From contig CAVYNR010000005.1 of NCBI GenBank assembly GCA_963769985.1, positions 313,133-377,132 on the forward strand: a stretch of 64,000 nt of DNA, given 5' to 3'. Each line of letters starts with the position of its first letter. Position 1 is the stretch's first letter. The stretch comes from an uncultured Actinomycetes bacterium. GTDB lineage: Bacteria; Actinomycetota; Acidimicrobiia; Acidimicrobiales; JACCXE01. Under the pieces are notes generated by a model. That model saw only the letters and a program-made list of their open reading frames with translations. It was not told the origin of the DNA and searched no databases. Positions 9,333 to 18,448 of this stretch are shown here, one piece after another. A program made the translations under genes and the position numbers.

Positions 9333-11816
9333 CTAGGGCAGTTCGGGGGTACCTGTGGCGCCCGACACGTTGAGCGACTTGGTGGCCAGCACGCGGCCGT
9401 AGGCCTGCCACTCGATGCGCAACGTGTGGGGGCCGGTACCGACGGTCACCGGTATGGCGAAGGTGGCGGGGCCGCTGGTGGTGTCCACGACTTGGCTGGC
9501 CACCTTCACGCCATCGACATACACGTGCACGTGCTCTTGGGCAGGAAGCGGGCAGCCGTTGACGCCGTCGCCGGCGACAGTGGGGCACGCGTCTTGGTTG
9601 TCGGGCACGCCGTCGTCGTCGGTGTCGACGACCTGGCTCTCGGTGATCACCGCGGTCAACGTGTAGGTCGAGCCGTCGACCTCGTCGGTGACCAGGTACG
9701 GCTCGACGGCGATGTCGAGGTGACCGCGCACATCGGTGAGGGTGACGGTCTCGGGCTTGTTGTCCGATGCCGCCGCGCTCCCCGAATCGGCGGCGCCGGT
9801 TATGCGCAGGTCGAGGTCGGTGCCACCGTTGGGGTCGGTCCAGTTCAACGTGAACGCGACGCTGCTCGTGCGGGGTAGGTCGAGGCCGAACTTGTGACTC
9901 GGGTCGAGCACGAGCGGCGTCACGCCAAGCGTGGATTGCTCGGCGTAGAACGTGTTGCCCCCTTCGTGCTCGAAGGTGGTGGTGTGCATCACGGCGCGGG
10001 GTGACAGCACGGGCACCGGGACGGCGACGCCGCGGGAACTGGCCACACCGACGGTGTCGCCGCCGTCGGGAGCATGGTCGTCGGGAACGTAGGTCGAGAA
10101 CGAACCGACATTCGAGAGGCTCGCGACCTCATAGGGCGCCACGATCCCGACGCCCTGCAAATAGCTGCGCGGGATGTGGAAGCTCACCGTGTTGGCGGTG
10201 GTGTCCCACGTCGAGGAGCCCGCCGGCAGGTACGAACCGGTGCCGTCGCCGGCGTCCCACGTCATCGGGCCGGGATCGACCTGGGGATAGCGCATGAAAG
10301 AGTCGAAGCGGCGACCGTCGATCACCGCGCTGTAGGCGCTCGGGCTCGTGCCGGTAGTGCCGCTAGGCGGGAGGCTCACCAGATGCATCGTGACTTCGAC
10401 GTTCGACGCGTCGACGGCCACGTCGAGCTCAGTGATTTCGGTGATGGGCGACTGGGCGTCGTCGTCGGCGTCGTCGTAATAGCCGGTCGGCGCCGACGCT
10501 CCGTCGCGCGGCACGTGCTCCACCGAGCCGATGACGTCGAACGCGCCGTCGGGCGACGATGCTCCGTCGGACGGGCTGGTTAGGTCGAGAACGGGATCGC
10601 TCGTGGTGACGGGCTCGGGCTCCCAGTCAGTGCGTGCGCGGGGAGCGGCCGCGGTATCGGGCTGCGGACAGTCCTTCGGTGCGCCGGTGCCCGACGCGTA
10701 GCGGTGATCGCGCGGGTGCTGGGTTTGGAAGTCGTCGAGGGTGATTGCGTCCGCCTGCGGGTAATTCGCGGCCAGGTGGTCGGCGCCGGTGACGGCGCTG
10801 TCGCCGTTGACGTCGAGGTAGTTGCTCATGGTGATCGCGATGGCTTCGACGTCGAGGGTCGACACGCATTTGCTCAAGCCGGGAGGATCAGGGTTGTACG
10901 CCATGATGTCGTTCGTCGGCACCTTGCCCCACGCCCCTTCGGCGCCGTCTCCGACGTGGCCGATGGTCAGGCAGTGGCCGACCTCGTGCGCTACCAGGTC
11001 GAACAACGACGACTCGTCGATCGCGCCGGGGACGGGGTCGAGTCCACCGTTGATGGCGAAGCAGATGTTGCCACCCGCGCCACCGCAGTCCTCGACGTAG
11101 GTGCCGACGCGCGGTTCGTGGTGACGGTTGAATCCCGGCAGGCTCTCCCACGCTTCGAAGTCGAGCGGGTTCGCGACGCCGTGGCACGGCCAGTCCTCAC
11201 TCAGCGGAGGAACCGGGACCTCGAGCAGGTCGATGAACGTGTTGGCCAACCCGGCCACCGTCGACACCGGGTCGATGCCGATCCCCACGCCGCCGACGGG
11301 GTTCGTCGCGATGACAACGACTTCGGGGTCGACGATCGGATAGGTGGTGAATTCGCCGCCGGCGCCGTTGGGATCGACGTAGTCGACGGTGATGTGGAAC
11401 TGCATGCCGTCGCCGAGCCAGTCGAGTCCCATCTGCGGCGACAGGTTGTGAATGCCGCCTTCCCACATCTCCACGGCCTGGCGCATGATGCGCATGTCGC
11501 GCTCGGCCGTCGGTGAGATCGGCACGAGGATGAGTACGTCGACCTGCGGTGAATCGAGCCCGTTGAGCCCCGTGCGCATGTGGTGGCACGCGTTGTTGGC
11601 GTAGTTCTCGAGGTCGTCGTGCTCACAGCCCGGCGGCGTGTTGCCGTTGCCGAAGTGCGTCCCCGTGTAGTCCTCGGCGGGACTCGCGTCGACCGACGAG
11701 GTGAAGACCCCGCCGATGACGGCGAGAACCCCAGCGAGCAGGATCGCGATAAGACGCTTTTTCAGAACTACCTTCCCGGCCCCAGCTCCCCAGCGAAGCG
11801 CCTCAGCGCCGCCCAA
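9333..11816 (-). CDS. Secreted multidomain zinc metalloprotease (HEVGHCLTIGH), paralog A; start uncertain (TTG 11816 or CTG 11765)
   Basis: Signal peptide KKRLIAILLAGVLAVIGGVFTSSVDA|SP. Also HExxH + NDIMAY, a dockerin/EF-hand-like DVNGDSAVTGAD, a PPC-like block LNWTDPNGGTDLDLRI, and a TSP3-like DTDDDGVPDNQDACP. Collinear with the upstream paralog. Confidence 0.8.
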   Translation of the reverse strand: MGGAEALRWGAGAGKVVLKKRLIAILLAGVLAVIGGVFTSSVDASPAEDYTGTHFGNGNTPPGCEHDDLENYANNACHHMRTGLNGLDSPQVDVLILVPISPTAERDMRIMRQAVEMWEGGIHNLSPQMGLDWLGDGMQFHITVDYVDPNGAGGEFTTYPIVDPEVVVIATNPVGGVGIGIDPVSTVAGLANTFIDLLEVPVPPLSEDWPCHGVANPLDFEAWESLPGFNRHHEPRVGTYVEDCGGAGGNICFAINGGLDPVPGAIDESSLFDLVAHEVGHCLTIGHVGDGAEGAWGKVPTNDIMAYNPDPPGLSKCVSTLDVEAIAITMSNYLDVNGDSAVTGADHLAANYPQADAITLDDFQTQHPRDHRYASGTGAPKDCPQPDTAAAPRARTDWEPEPVTTSDPVLDLTSPSDGASSPDGAFDVIGSVEHVPRDGASAPTGYYDDADDDAQSPITEITELDVAVDASNVEVTMHLVSLPPSGTTGTSPSAYSAVIDGRRFDSFMRYPQVDPGPMTWDAGDGTGSYLPAGSSTWDTTANTVSFHIPRSYLQGVGIVAPYEVASLSNVGSFSTYVPDDHAPDGGDTVGVASSRGVAVPVPVLSPRAVMHTTTFEHEGGNTFYAEQSTLGVTPLVLDPSHKFGLDLPRTSSVAFTLNWTDPNGGTDLDLRITGAADSGSAAASDNKPETVTLTDVRGHLDIAVEPYLVTDEVDGSTYTLTAVITESQVVDTDDDGVPDNQDACPTVAGDGVNGCPLPAQEHVHVYVDGVKVASQVVDTTSGPATFAIPVTVGTGPHTLRIEWQAYGRVLATKSLNVSGATGTPELP

Positions 11817-14184
11817 TATACAGGGACTTGCTCGTGAGGACGCGGCCAAACGACTCCCACTCGAGCGTGACCTTGTGGCTCCCGCGCCCGACGCGCACCA
11901 CGATCGCGAACGCGTCGGTCCCGTTCGTGGTGTCCACGACCTGAGTTGCGGTCTTTGTCCCATCGACGTAGAGCACTACGAATTCGACAGGTTTGATCGG
12001 GCAACCGTCGGCGCCGTCACCGGCGATGGTTCGGCACACATCGTCGTCGTCGGGCACCGCGTCGCCGTCGGCGTCGGCCACCGCCTTGGGGGTGATGAGC
12101 GCCGTGAGCGTGTAGGTCACGTCGGGTTCACCCACGAAGAAGGGATCAACGACGATGTCGAGGTGGCCTCGGACGTCGCTCAGGGTCGCCACCTCCGGCC
12201 GGTCACTCGTCGGCTCGACGTCGTCGGCGCCGCCGCCTTCGGTGTACAGGTCGAGGTCGACGAAGCCGTCCGACCCGGTCCAGTTCAGCGTCAAGGTCAC
12301 GTCGCTGGTCTTGGGAACGTCGAGCGCGTACCGGTGGGACTGGGGCTGGCCGTACAGCGGGATCGTGCCTAGCCCGAGTGTCGTGTTGCGGGGCTGGAAC
12401 TCGTTGCCACCCGGGTGCTCGAAGGTGACGGTCCCGGCGCTGCTCGCGGGGTGCGACGGCACCGCCGCGGCACGCGACGACGGAGCGACGCCGACGTCGG
12501 CCACGCCGACCGTGCGATGGTCGTCGGGCGCGCGGTCGTCGGCGGCACGCGAGCCGAGCACGCCGACGGCGGATCGGCTCGAGACCTTGTACGGCGATTC
12601 GATCGAGGCCGCTTTCAGATAGTCGCGCGGGATCCGGAACGTCACCGTGTTCGCGGCGGCGTCCCAGGTCGAGGTTCCGCGCGGCATGTAGGTGGCGCCG
12701 CCGGCGTCCCAGGTCAGCGGCCCGCCGTCGAGCGGCTGGGCGCGTACGAACGAATCAAATCGTCGCGTGTTGATGGTGATGCTGTAGGCGGCCCCGCTGG
12801 CGCTGGTGGCCGACGTCGGCGGCAACTGGGCGAGGTGCATCGTGGCCTCGACGGTGGACGGCGTGGCTTCCACGTCGAGCGCGGTGATCTCGGTGAACGG
12901 CGAGCGGGCGTCGTTGTCGGCGTCGTCGAAGTGCACGGTCGGCGATTTCGGTCTGGACTTCGACAGGTGCGCGACGGTGCCGGCGACGACGAAGGCACCG
13001 TCGGCGGAGGTGGCCCCGTCGGTCGGTTGGTTGACCGTCAGAACCGGTTCCTTCGTGCTGACCGGCTCCGGATTCCAATTGGTGCGCCGTCCCGGCACGA
13101 GGCCGAGGTCGGGTTGCGGACAGTCCGTCGGCTCGCCGGTGTCGGACGCGTACCAGTGGTCGCGCGGGTGCTGGACCTGGAAGGCGTTGCCCCCCTGGCC
13201 CTTTTGGTCGTTGGTCAACAAGCGATCGGCGGCGTTGACCTTGCGGTCGTCGTTGACGTCGAGGTAGCCGCTCATGCGGGTGGCGACGGTCTCTACGTCG
13301 AGGGTCGACACGCACTTGTTCAAGCCAGCCGGATCCTTGCTGTAGGCCATGATGTCGTTGGTCGGCACCTTGCCCCACGGCCCCTCGGCACCGTCACCCA
13401 CATGCCCCAGCGTGAGGCAGTGGCCGACCTCGTGGGTCACGAGGTCGAACAGGCTGGCCCGGCCAACCGTTTCAGGCGGCGCTGGGTCCCGCGCCGTGTT
13501 GACGGCGAAGCAGATGTTGCCGCCGGCACCGCCGCAGTCTTCGACGAAGGTTCCCATGCGCTCTTCGTGATGACGGTCGAAGCCCGGCAACGCGTCCCAC
13601 GCGTCGAAGTCGAAGGGGTTCGCCAGCCCCGTACACGGGAGCTCACCGACCGCCGGCGTGCCGAAGATCTCGCCGATCGAGCCGAAGGTGGCCGCCGGAT
13701 CAATGCCAATACCGATCGCGCCCACGGGGTTCGTCGCGATCACGACTATCTCGGGGTCCACGATCGGATATGTGGTGAACTCGCCGCCGTTGCCACTGTC
13801 GGCAAGATCGACCACGTCGACGGTGATGTGGAACTGCATGCCGCGGGCCAGCCACTGCAAACCCATCTGGGGCGCCAGGTTGTGGATGCCGGCTTCCCAC
13901 ATCTCGATCGCTTGGCGCATGATGCGCACGTCGCGCTCGGCAGTAGGCGACGCCGGCACCATGACCAGCACGTCGACCTGCGGGGAGTCGAGCGCGTTCA
14001 GGCCCGTGCGCATGCGATGGCAAACGTTGCTCTCGTAGTTGATGAACGACTCGTGTTCGCACCCGCGGGGCAGGTTGCCGTCGCCGAAGTGCGGGCGCGT
14101 GTATTCCTCGGCCGGACTCGCGTCGGCGGGGGTCGCAACGAGACAAAGCGCCGCGATTAGGGCGGCTGCGAGACGTTTACGCAC
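11803..14184 (-). CDS. Secreted multidomain zinc metalloprotease (HEVGHCLTLGH), paralog B
   Basis: Signal peptide MRKRLAAALIAALCLVATPADA|SP, with the same domain order as paralog A. The GTG start overlaps the TauD stop (GTGCGTAA). Confidence 0.85.
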   Translation of the reverse strand: MRKRLAAALIAALCLVATPADASPAEEYTRPHFGDGNLPRGCEHESFINYESNVCHRMRTGLNALDSPQVDVLVMVPASPTAERDVRIMRQAIEMWEAGIHNLAPQMGLQWLARGMQFHITVDVVDLADSGNGGEFTTYPIVDPEIVVIATNPVGAIGIGIDPAATFGSIGEIFGTPAVGELPCTGLANPFDFDAWDALPGFDRHHEERMGTFVEDCGGAGGNICFAVNTARDPAPPETVGRASLFDLVTHEVGHCLTLGHVGDGAEGPWGKVPTNDIMAYSKDPAGLNKCVSTLDVETVATRMSGYLDVNDDRKVNAADRLLTNDQKGQGGNAFQVQHPRDHWYASDTGEPTDCPQPDLGLVPGRRTNWNPEPVSTKEPVLTVNQPTDGATSADGAFVVAGTVAHLSKSRPKSPTVHFDDADNDARSPFTEITALDVEATPSTVEATMHLAQLPPTSATSASGAAYSITINTRRFDSFVRAQPLDGGPLTWDAGGATYMPRGTSTWDAAANTVTFRIPRDYLKAASIESPYKVSSRSAVGVLGSRAADDRAPDDHRTVGVADVGVAPSSRAAAVPSHPASSAGTVTFEHPGGNEFQPRNTTLGLGTIPLYGQPQSHRYALDVPKTSDVTLTLNWTGSDGFVDLDLYTEGGGADDVEPTSDRPEVATLSDVRGHLDIVVDPFFVGEPDVTYTLTALITPKAVADADGDAVPDDDDVCRTIAGDGADGCPIKPVEFVVLYVDGTKTATQVVDTTNGTDAFAIVVRVGRGSHKVTLEWESFGRVLTSKSLYIGRR

Positions 14185-15046
14185 GAACCGGCACGCCGCC
14201 TTGGACGGTCGTGCGGTGAAGTTCGCGCCGCGCCCCGGCGTAGTCGTTGAGCGCGAGGTGTTGCGTGGCGCGGTTGTCCCAGATCGCGAGGTCGCCGTTG
14301 CGCCACCGATGACGCACGGTGAACTTGTGGTCGGTGCTGTGGTGATGCAGGCGGCGCAAGAACGACGCGCTGGTCTTCGGGTCGATGTCGTCGCCTTCGA
14401 TGTCGCGGCAATAGGCCTGATTGAAGAACAGCACCTGCTTGCCGTTGCCGGGGTGGGTCGTGACCATCGGATGGCAGCGCTCGTCGTTGGCGTCTTCGGT
14501 GGTGCGGATGTCCATGTGCTTGAGCCCGTCGTGCATCGCCTGCATCTTCGGCGAGTACGCGTCTTTCGCGGTGTGGATGCCGCGCACGTCGGCGCGGTCG
14601 ACCGACGCGCGGACGTCGGGGGCGAGCTGGTCGAGCGCGGCGATGTTGCTTGTCCAACAGGTGTCGCCGCCGGCCGACGGTACGTCGATCGCGTGCAGCA
14701 ACGTGTAGCTCGGCGGGCGCTCCATGAAGCTGAAATCGGAGTGCCATGCGCCGCCGAAGTTGAACGCCGAGCCCTCGTCGGCTTCCTTCAGCACTTTGAT
14801 GACCTCGGGGAACTCGTCCATTGTCTTCACGAACGGCGTGGGGCACGGGTCGCCGAAGTGGTGGGTCAACGCGGTCTGCTCGCCGGGCGACAGGTTCTGC
14901 TCGGGAATCACGATGACCAGGTGTTCGTCAAGCGCGGCGACCAGCCCTGCCACCACGTCGTCGATCGCCGACCGCGTGAGCTCCTTGGCAATGTCGAGGT
15001 CGCGAACTTCGGCCCCAATTACCCCAGTTATCCGTTCCACCCGCAT
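14177..15046 (-). CDS. TauD/TfdA family Fe(II)/2-oxoglutarate-dependent dioxygenase
   Basis: GGAWHSDFSF (HxD facial triad), ...RCHPMVTTHP..., IWDNRATQH. Confidence 0.85.
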   Translation of the reverse strand: MRVERITGVIGAEVRDLDIAKELTRSAIDDVVAGLVAALDEHLVIVIPEQNLSPGEQTALTHHFGDPCPTPFVKTMDEFPEVIKVLKEADEGSAFNFGGAWHSDFSFMERPPSYTLLHAIDVPSAGGDTCWTSNIAALDQLAPDVRASVDRADVRGIHTAKDAYSPKMQAMHDGLKHMDIRTTEDANDERCHPMVTTHPGNGKQVLFFNQAYCRDIEGDDIDPKTSASFLRRLHHHSTDHKFTVRHRWRNGDLAIWDNRATQHLALNDYAGARRELHRTTVQGGVPVRA

Positions 15047-15064
15047 GCCATTTGAGGCTACGCC

Positions 15065-15853
15065 TTACGCCGCGTCGTCGGTTAGCAGATCGTTGCGCAG
15101 CTTTTGGAGGGTCTCCGCGGAGACGCCGCTGACTAGCAGGAAACCTTCGGCGCCGTTGTGCGCGTCATCCAACCACTTCAGGGTGCGTTCCATCGCGCCG
15201 CGCGGCGCCGACAGGTACGGCCTGACCCGCTCGACGTCGATGCCGGCCGCTTCGAGTTCAGGACGCAGCTCGGCGATGCGGCCTTCGCTGCGCGTGATGT
15301 TGGTGAGTTCGTAGTCGTCCAGGATCAACTCCCGGTCCACGCCGAGCACGCCGAGCAGCAACGCGGCCGCGAGTCCGGTGCGGTCCTTGCCGGCGGTGCA
15401 GTGGAACACCGCCGGGCGTTGCGACGACGTGGCCAGCTCCGTCATCAGGTGGGCGAACGTGCTCGACCACTCGGTCAACAACTCCTGGTAGGTCTCCGCC
15501 ACGTAGTCGTCGCCCCACGACTGCTCCGGTCCTCGTTCTGTGAACCAGTCGATCAGGGTCATCTCGGCTGCTTGCGGGCCGATCGAAAGGTGCACGACTT
15601 CGTGGTCGAGTCCGTGCTCGATGGTGGGGGAGCGCTCCCGCTCGGTCTGTCGGCGCAAGTCGTAGACGCGCTTGATGCCGAGTTCACCCAGCGCATCCCA
15701 GCCGGCCTCGGTCAGCATCGATACCGCGTCGACGCGGTACACCTCGCCCCACGCGGTGGTGAACCCGTCGACGGTGGGATAGCCGCCGAGGTCGCGGAAG
15801 TTGCGCACGCCTTCGAGCGCAATGACACGGCGGGGATCGTTGGTCGGCGGCAT
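15065..15853 (-). CDS. Tyrosine-protein phosphatase (CX5R)
   Basis: VRNFRDLGG... plus the P-loop VFHCTAGKDRTG. Confidence 0.85.
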   Translation of the reverse strand: MPPTNDPRRVIALEGVRNFRDLGGYPTVDGFTTAWGEVYRVDAVSMLTEAGWDALGELGIKRVYDLRRQTERERSPTIEHGLDHEVVHLSIGPQAAEMTLIDWFTERGPEQSWGDDYVAETYQELLTEWSSTFAHLMTELATSSQRPAVFHCTAGKDRTGLAAALLLGVLGVDRELILDDYELTNITRSEGRIAELRPELEAAGIDVERVRPYLSAPRGAMERTLKWLDDAHNGAEGFLLVSGVSAETLQKLRNDLLTDDAA

Positions 15854-15866
15854 TACCGGCCGAGTT

Positions 15867-17881
15867 TTACGCAGACCAGAGGCCGTGGAGGGCGACCGAC
15901 ACCGTGGTTGGCCCGTCGACTGGCGCGAATTCCGACAACGTGACCGGTCGTTCCACCGCCGATTCGTCGATCACATCGCGCAAGCCGGTGAGAAAACGCG
16001 ACGGCTGCGCCCACGTGTGGGCGTCGTCGCGCCCGTGACGGCGATGGTAAAAGCGCTGCGGGTACGTGATGGTCAACGAGTCGCGGGCGCGGGTCATCGC
16101 GACGTACAGGAGCCGGCGTTCCTCGTCGACGCCGCCGGGCTCGCCCAGCGCCATGTCGGACGGGATGTTGCCGTCGGACGCGTGGATTACGAACACCGAC
16201 TGCCACTCGCCGCCTTTGGCGGAGTGGATGGTCGACAGCACGAGCCAGTCGTCGTCGAGATGCGGCGGACCGGCGAGGTCGCTGGTGGAGGCCGGCGGGT
16301 CGACGGCGAGGTCGGCGAGGAACGCGCCGCGCGTCTTGTGCGAACCCGCCATCGACACCATGGCCTCGACGTCGGCGGCACGCGTCGTGGCGTTGTACGG
16401 ATAGGCGCGTTCGAACGCGGTCGCCAGGAACGGGAGAAGACATTCGACCTGGGTGGCCGGCGGGGGATCCGGCGGACCGAAACAACTCGCCAGCGCGGTG
16501 CGCAGGACCGCGAGTTGGTCAGCCGCCGCCGCGGGCACGAGCACGTCGGTTTCGAGGAACGTGCGCAGCGCGGTGTCGGACCGCGCAGTCACGCCGAGGT
16601 CGTCGGCGATGCGCCGCGCCCACGCCGGGCCGACGCCCTCGAGGAGCCCGAACACGCGGTGCCACGCGAGTTCGTCGGTGGGATTGTCGAGAATGCGCAG
16701 CAGCGCAAGCGTGTCCTTGACGTGCGCCGTCTCGAGAAACTTGAGGCCGCCGAACTTCACGAAAGGGATGTTGCGGCGGCCGAGCTCGATCTCGAGTCCG
16801 TCGCTGTGATGCCCGGTGCGGAACAACACCGCCTGGTCATGCAACGCCACGCCGAGCTCGCGCTGTTCGAGCACGGCGTCGCAGATCACGTTGGCCTGCG
16901 TGGCCTCGTCGTCGCACTTGATGAACCGTGGGCGGCGATCGCCATTGCGATCGGTCCACAGCGTGCGCGGGTAGGCCTGGGGCGCGCGTTCGAGCATGGA
17001 GTTGGCGGCCACGAGGATGGGTGGTGTCGACCGGTAGTTCTGTTCGAGCGTGACGATCTCGGTTCCGGCGAAGCGGTCGGCGAAGCCGATCATCACGGCG
17101 GGGGTCGCGGCGCGGAAGCCGTAGATCGCCTGCGCGTCGTCGCCCACGGCCGTGATCGACGCATGGTCGGCGCCGCAGTGCGCGGCGAGGATGTCGCCCT
17201 GCACGACGTTGACGTCCTGCACTTCGTCGACGAGCAGGTGGTCGAACATCCCGCGCAGGTGCGCGCCCGCGGGCGCCGCCGCCAGCGCGCGCCAGTACAG
17301 CAGGAGGTCGTCGAAGTCGATCACGTTGGTGGCCGCTTTGCGCGCCGCGTACTCGGCGAAGGCTTCGCGCATCGGCTCGAGGTCGTTGCGACACCATGGG
17401 AAGAACGCGGCCAGCGTGTCGCTCAGTGGCTCCTGCGCGTTGGCGACGCGTAGTAGATCGCCTGCAGCGTGTCCTTGCGCGGGAAGCGCCGTTCGCTTTT
17501 GCCGAGGCCCAGGTCGGTGCGCACGAGGCCCATCAGGTCCACCGCGTCACCGGCATCCAACACGGTGAAACCTGGTCGCAGGCCGACCGACTCGGCGTGC
17601 TGTTGCAGTAGCCGGTGCGCCACGGCATGGAATGTGCCGCCCCACACGCGCCCGGCCGCTTGCGGATCGGCGTGGCGCGCCGCGCGGGCTATGAGTTCGT
17701 GCGCCGCCCGGCGGCTGAAGGTGAGCAGGAGCAGCCGGGCGGGATCGGCGCCAAGGTCGATGAGACGGGCGAGCCGGGCGGCCAGCGTGGTGGTCTTGCC
17801 GGTGCCGGCCCCCGCAACGATTAGGAGCGCGGGGCCTTCATGTTCGACCGCTATGCGTTGCGCCTCGTTGAGTACGAACAT
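15867..17881 (-). pseudogene. UvrD/REP-type ATP-dependent DNA helicase, one frameshift near 17400-17440
   Basis: N-terminus MFVLNEAQRIAVEHEGPALLIVAGAGTGKTTTLAARL (Walker A) is in ORF 17423..18250. The remaining 501 aa (LLVDEVQDVN..., VLSTIHSAKGGEW, LLYVAMTRAR) are in ORF 15867..17372. Confidence 0.85.
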
Positions 17882-17888
17882 GCGTTCG
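17875..17888. promoter_or_regulatory. LexA (Cheo/SOS) box candidate CGAACATGCGTTCG
   Basis: Perfect CGAAC-N4-GTTCG. The helicase ATG lies in the spacer. Confidence 0.6.
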
Positions 17889-17897
17889 CACTCTAGA

Positions 17898-17911
17898 CGA
17901 ACAGGCGTTCG
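17898..17911. promoter_or_regulatory. LexA (Cheo/SOS) box candidate CGAACAGGCGTTCG
   Basis: A second perfect CGAAC-N4-GTTCG, 23 bp from the first. Confidence 0.6.
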
Positions 17912-17934
17912 TTTACGATCTAAATGGACATCTG

Positions 17935-17957
17935 ATATCCGGATATATAGGATCCGG
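17935..17957. promoter_or_regulatory. Nested palindromes ATATCCGGATAT / CCGGAT-N7-ATCCGG just upstream of the Rrf2 gene; candidate Rrf2 operator
   Basis: Read from the sequence. The element ends 3 bp before the ATG at 17960, in an unusually AT-rich patch. Confidence 0.4.
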
Positions 17958-17959
17958 GT

Positions 17960-18448
17960 ATGCGCATGTCGGACGGAGTCGAATGGGCGCTGCACTGCTG
18001 CGCGCTCCTGGCGGTTGTCCCCGACGACAAGGGCATCACCGCGGCGAAGCTGTCCGAGTTCCACGGCGTGCCCGGCGCCTACCTGGCGAAGCATCTGCAA
18101 GCGCTCACGCGTGCGGGCGTATTCGAGGCGGTACCTGGGCGCGGCGGCGGGTATCGGCTCGCCCGGCGGGCAAAGGACATCACCGTGCTCGACGTGGTCG
18201 AAGCGGTCGAGGGCCGCACACGCGCCTTTCAGTGCGCAGAGATTCGCCAACGCGGACCGGCCGGCGGCGCGCCGACGGACTACCGCTCGGTGTGCGGCAT
18301 CGCCAAGGTCATGTACGACGCCGAAGCCGCGTATCGCGAAGTGCTCGCCGGCGTGACGATCAACGACTTACTCGGCCGGTTCTTGGCTGGAGCATCGGCG
18401 GCCGCGGCAACAAGGTCAGCGGCCTGGTTACAGGAGGAATTGTCATGA
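17960..18448 (+). CDS. Rrf2 family transcriptional regulator
   Basis: MRMSDGVEWALHCCALLA...ITAAKLSEFHGVPGAYLAKHLQALTRAGVFEAVPGRGGGYRLAR is an Rrf2 wHTH. Confidence 0.9.
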   Translation: MRMSDGVEWALHCCALLAVVPDDKGITAAKLSEFHGVPGAYLAKHLQALTRAGVFEAVPGRGGGYRLARRAKDITVLDVVEAVEGRTRAFQCAEIRQRGPAGGAPTDYRSVCGIAKVMYDAEAAYREVLAGVTINDLLGRFLAGASAAAATRSAAWLQEELS

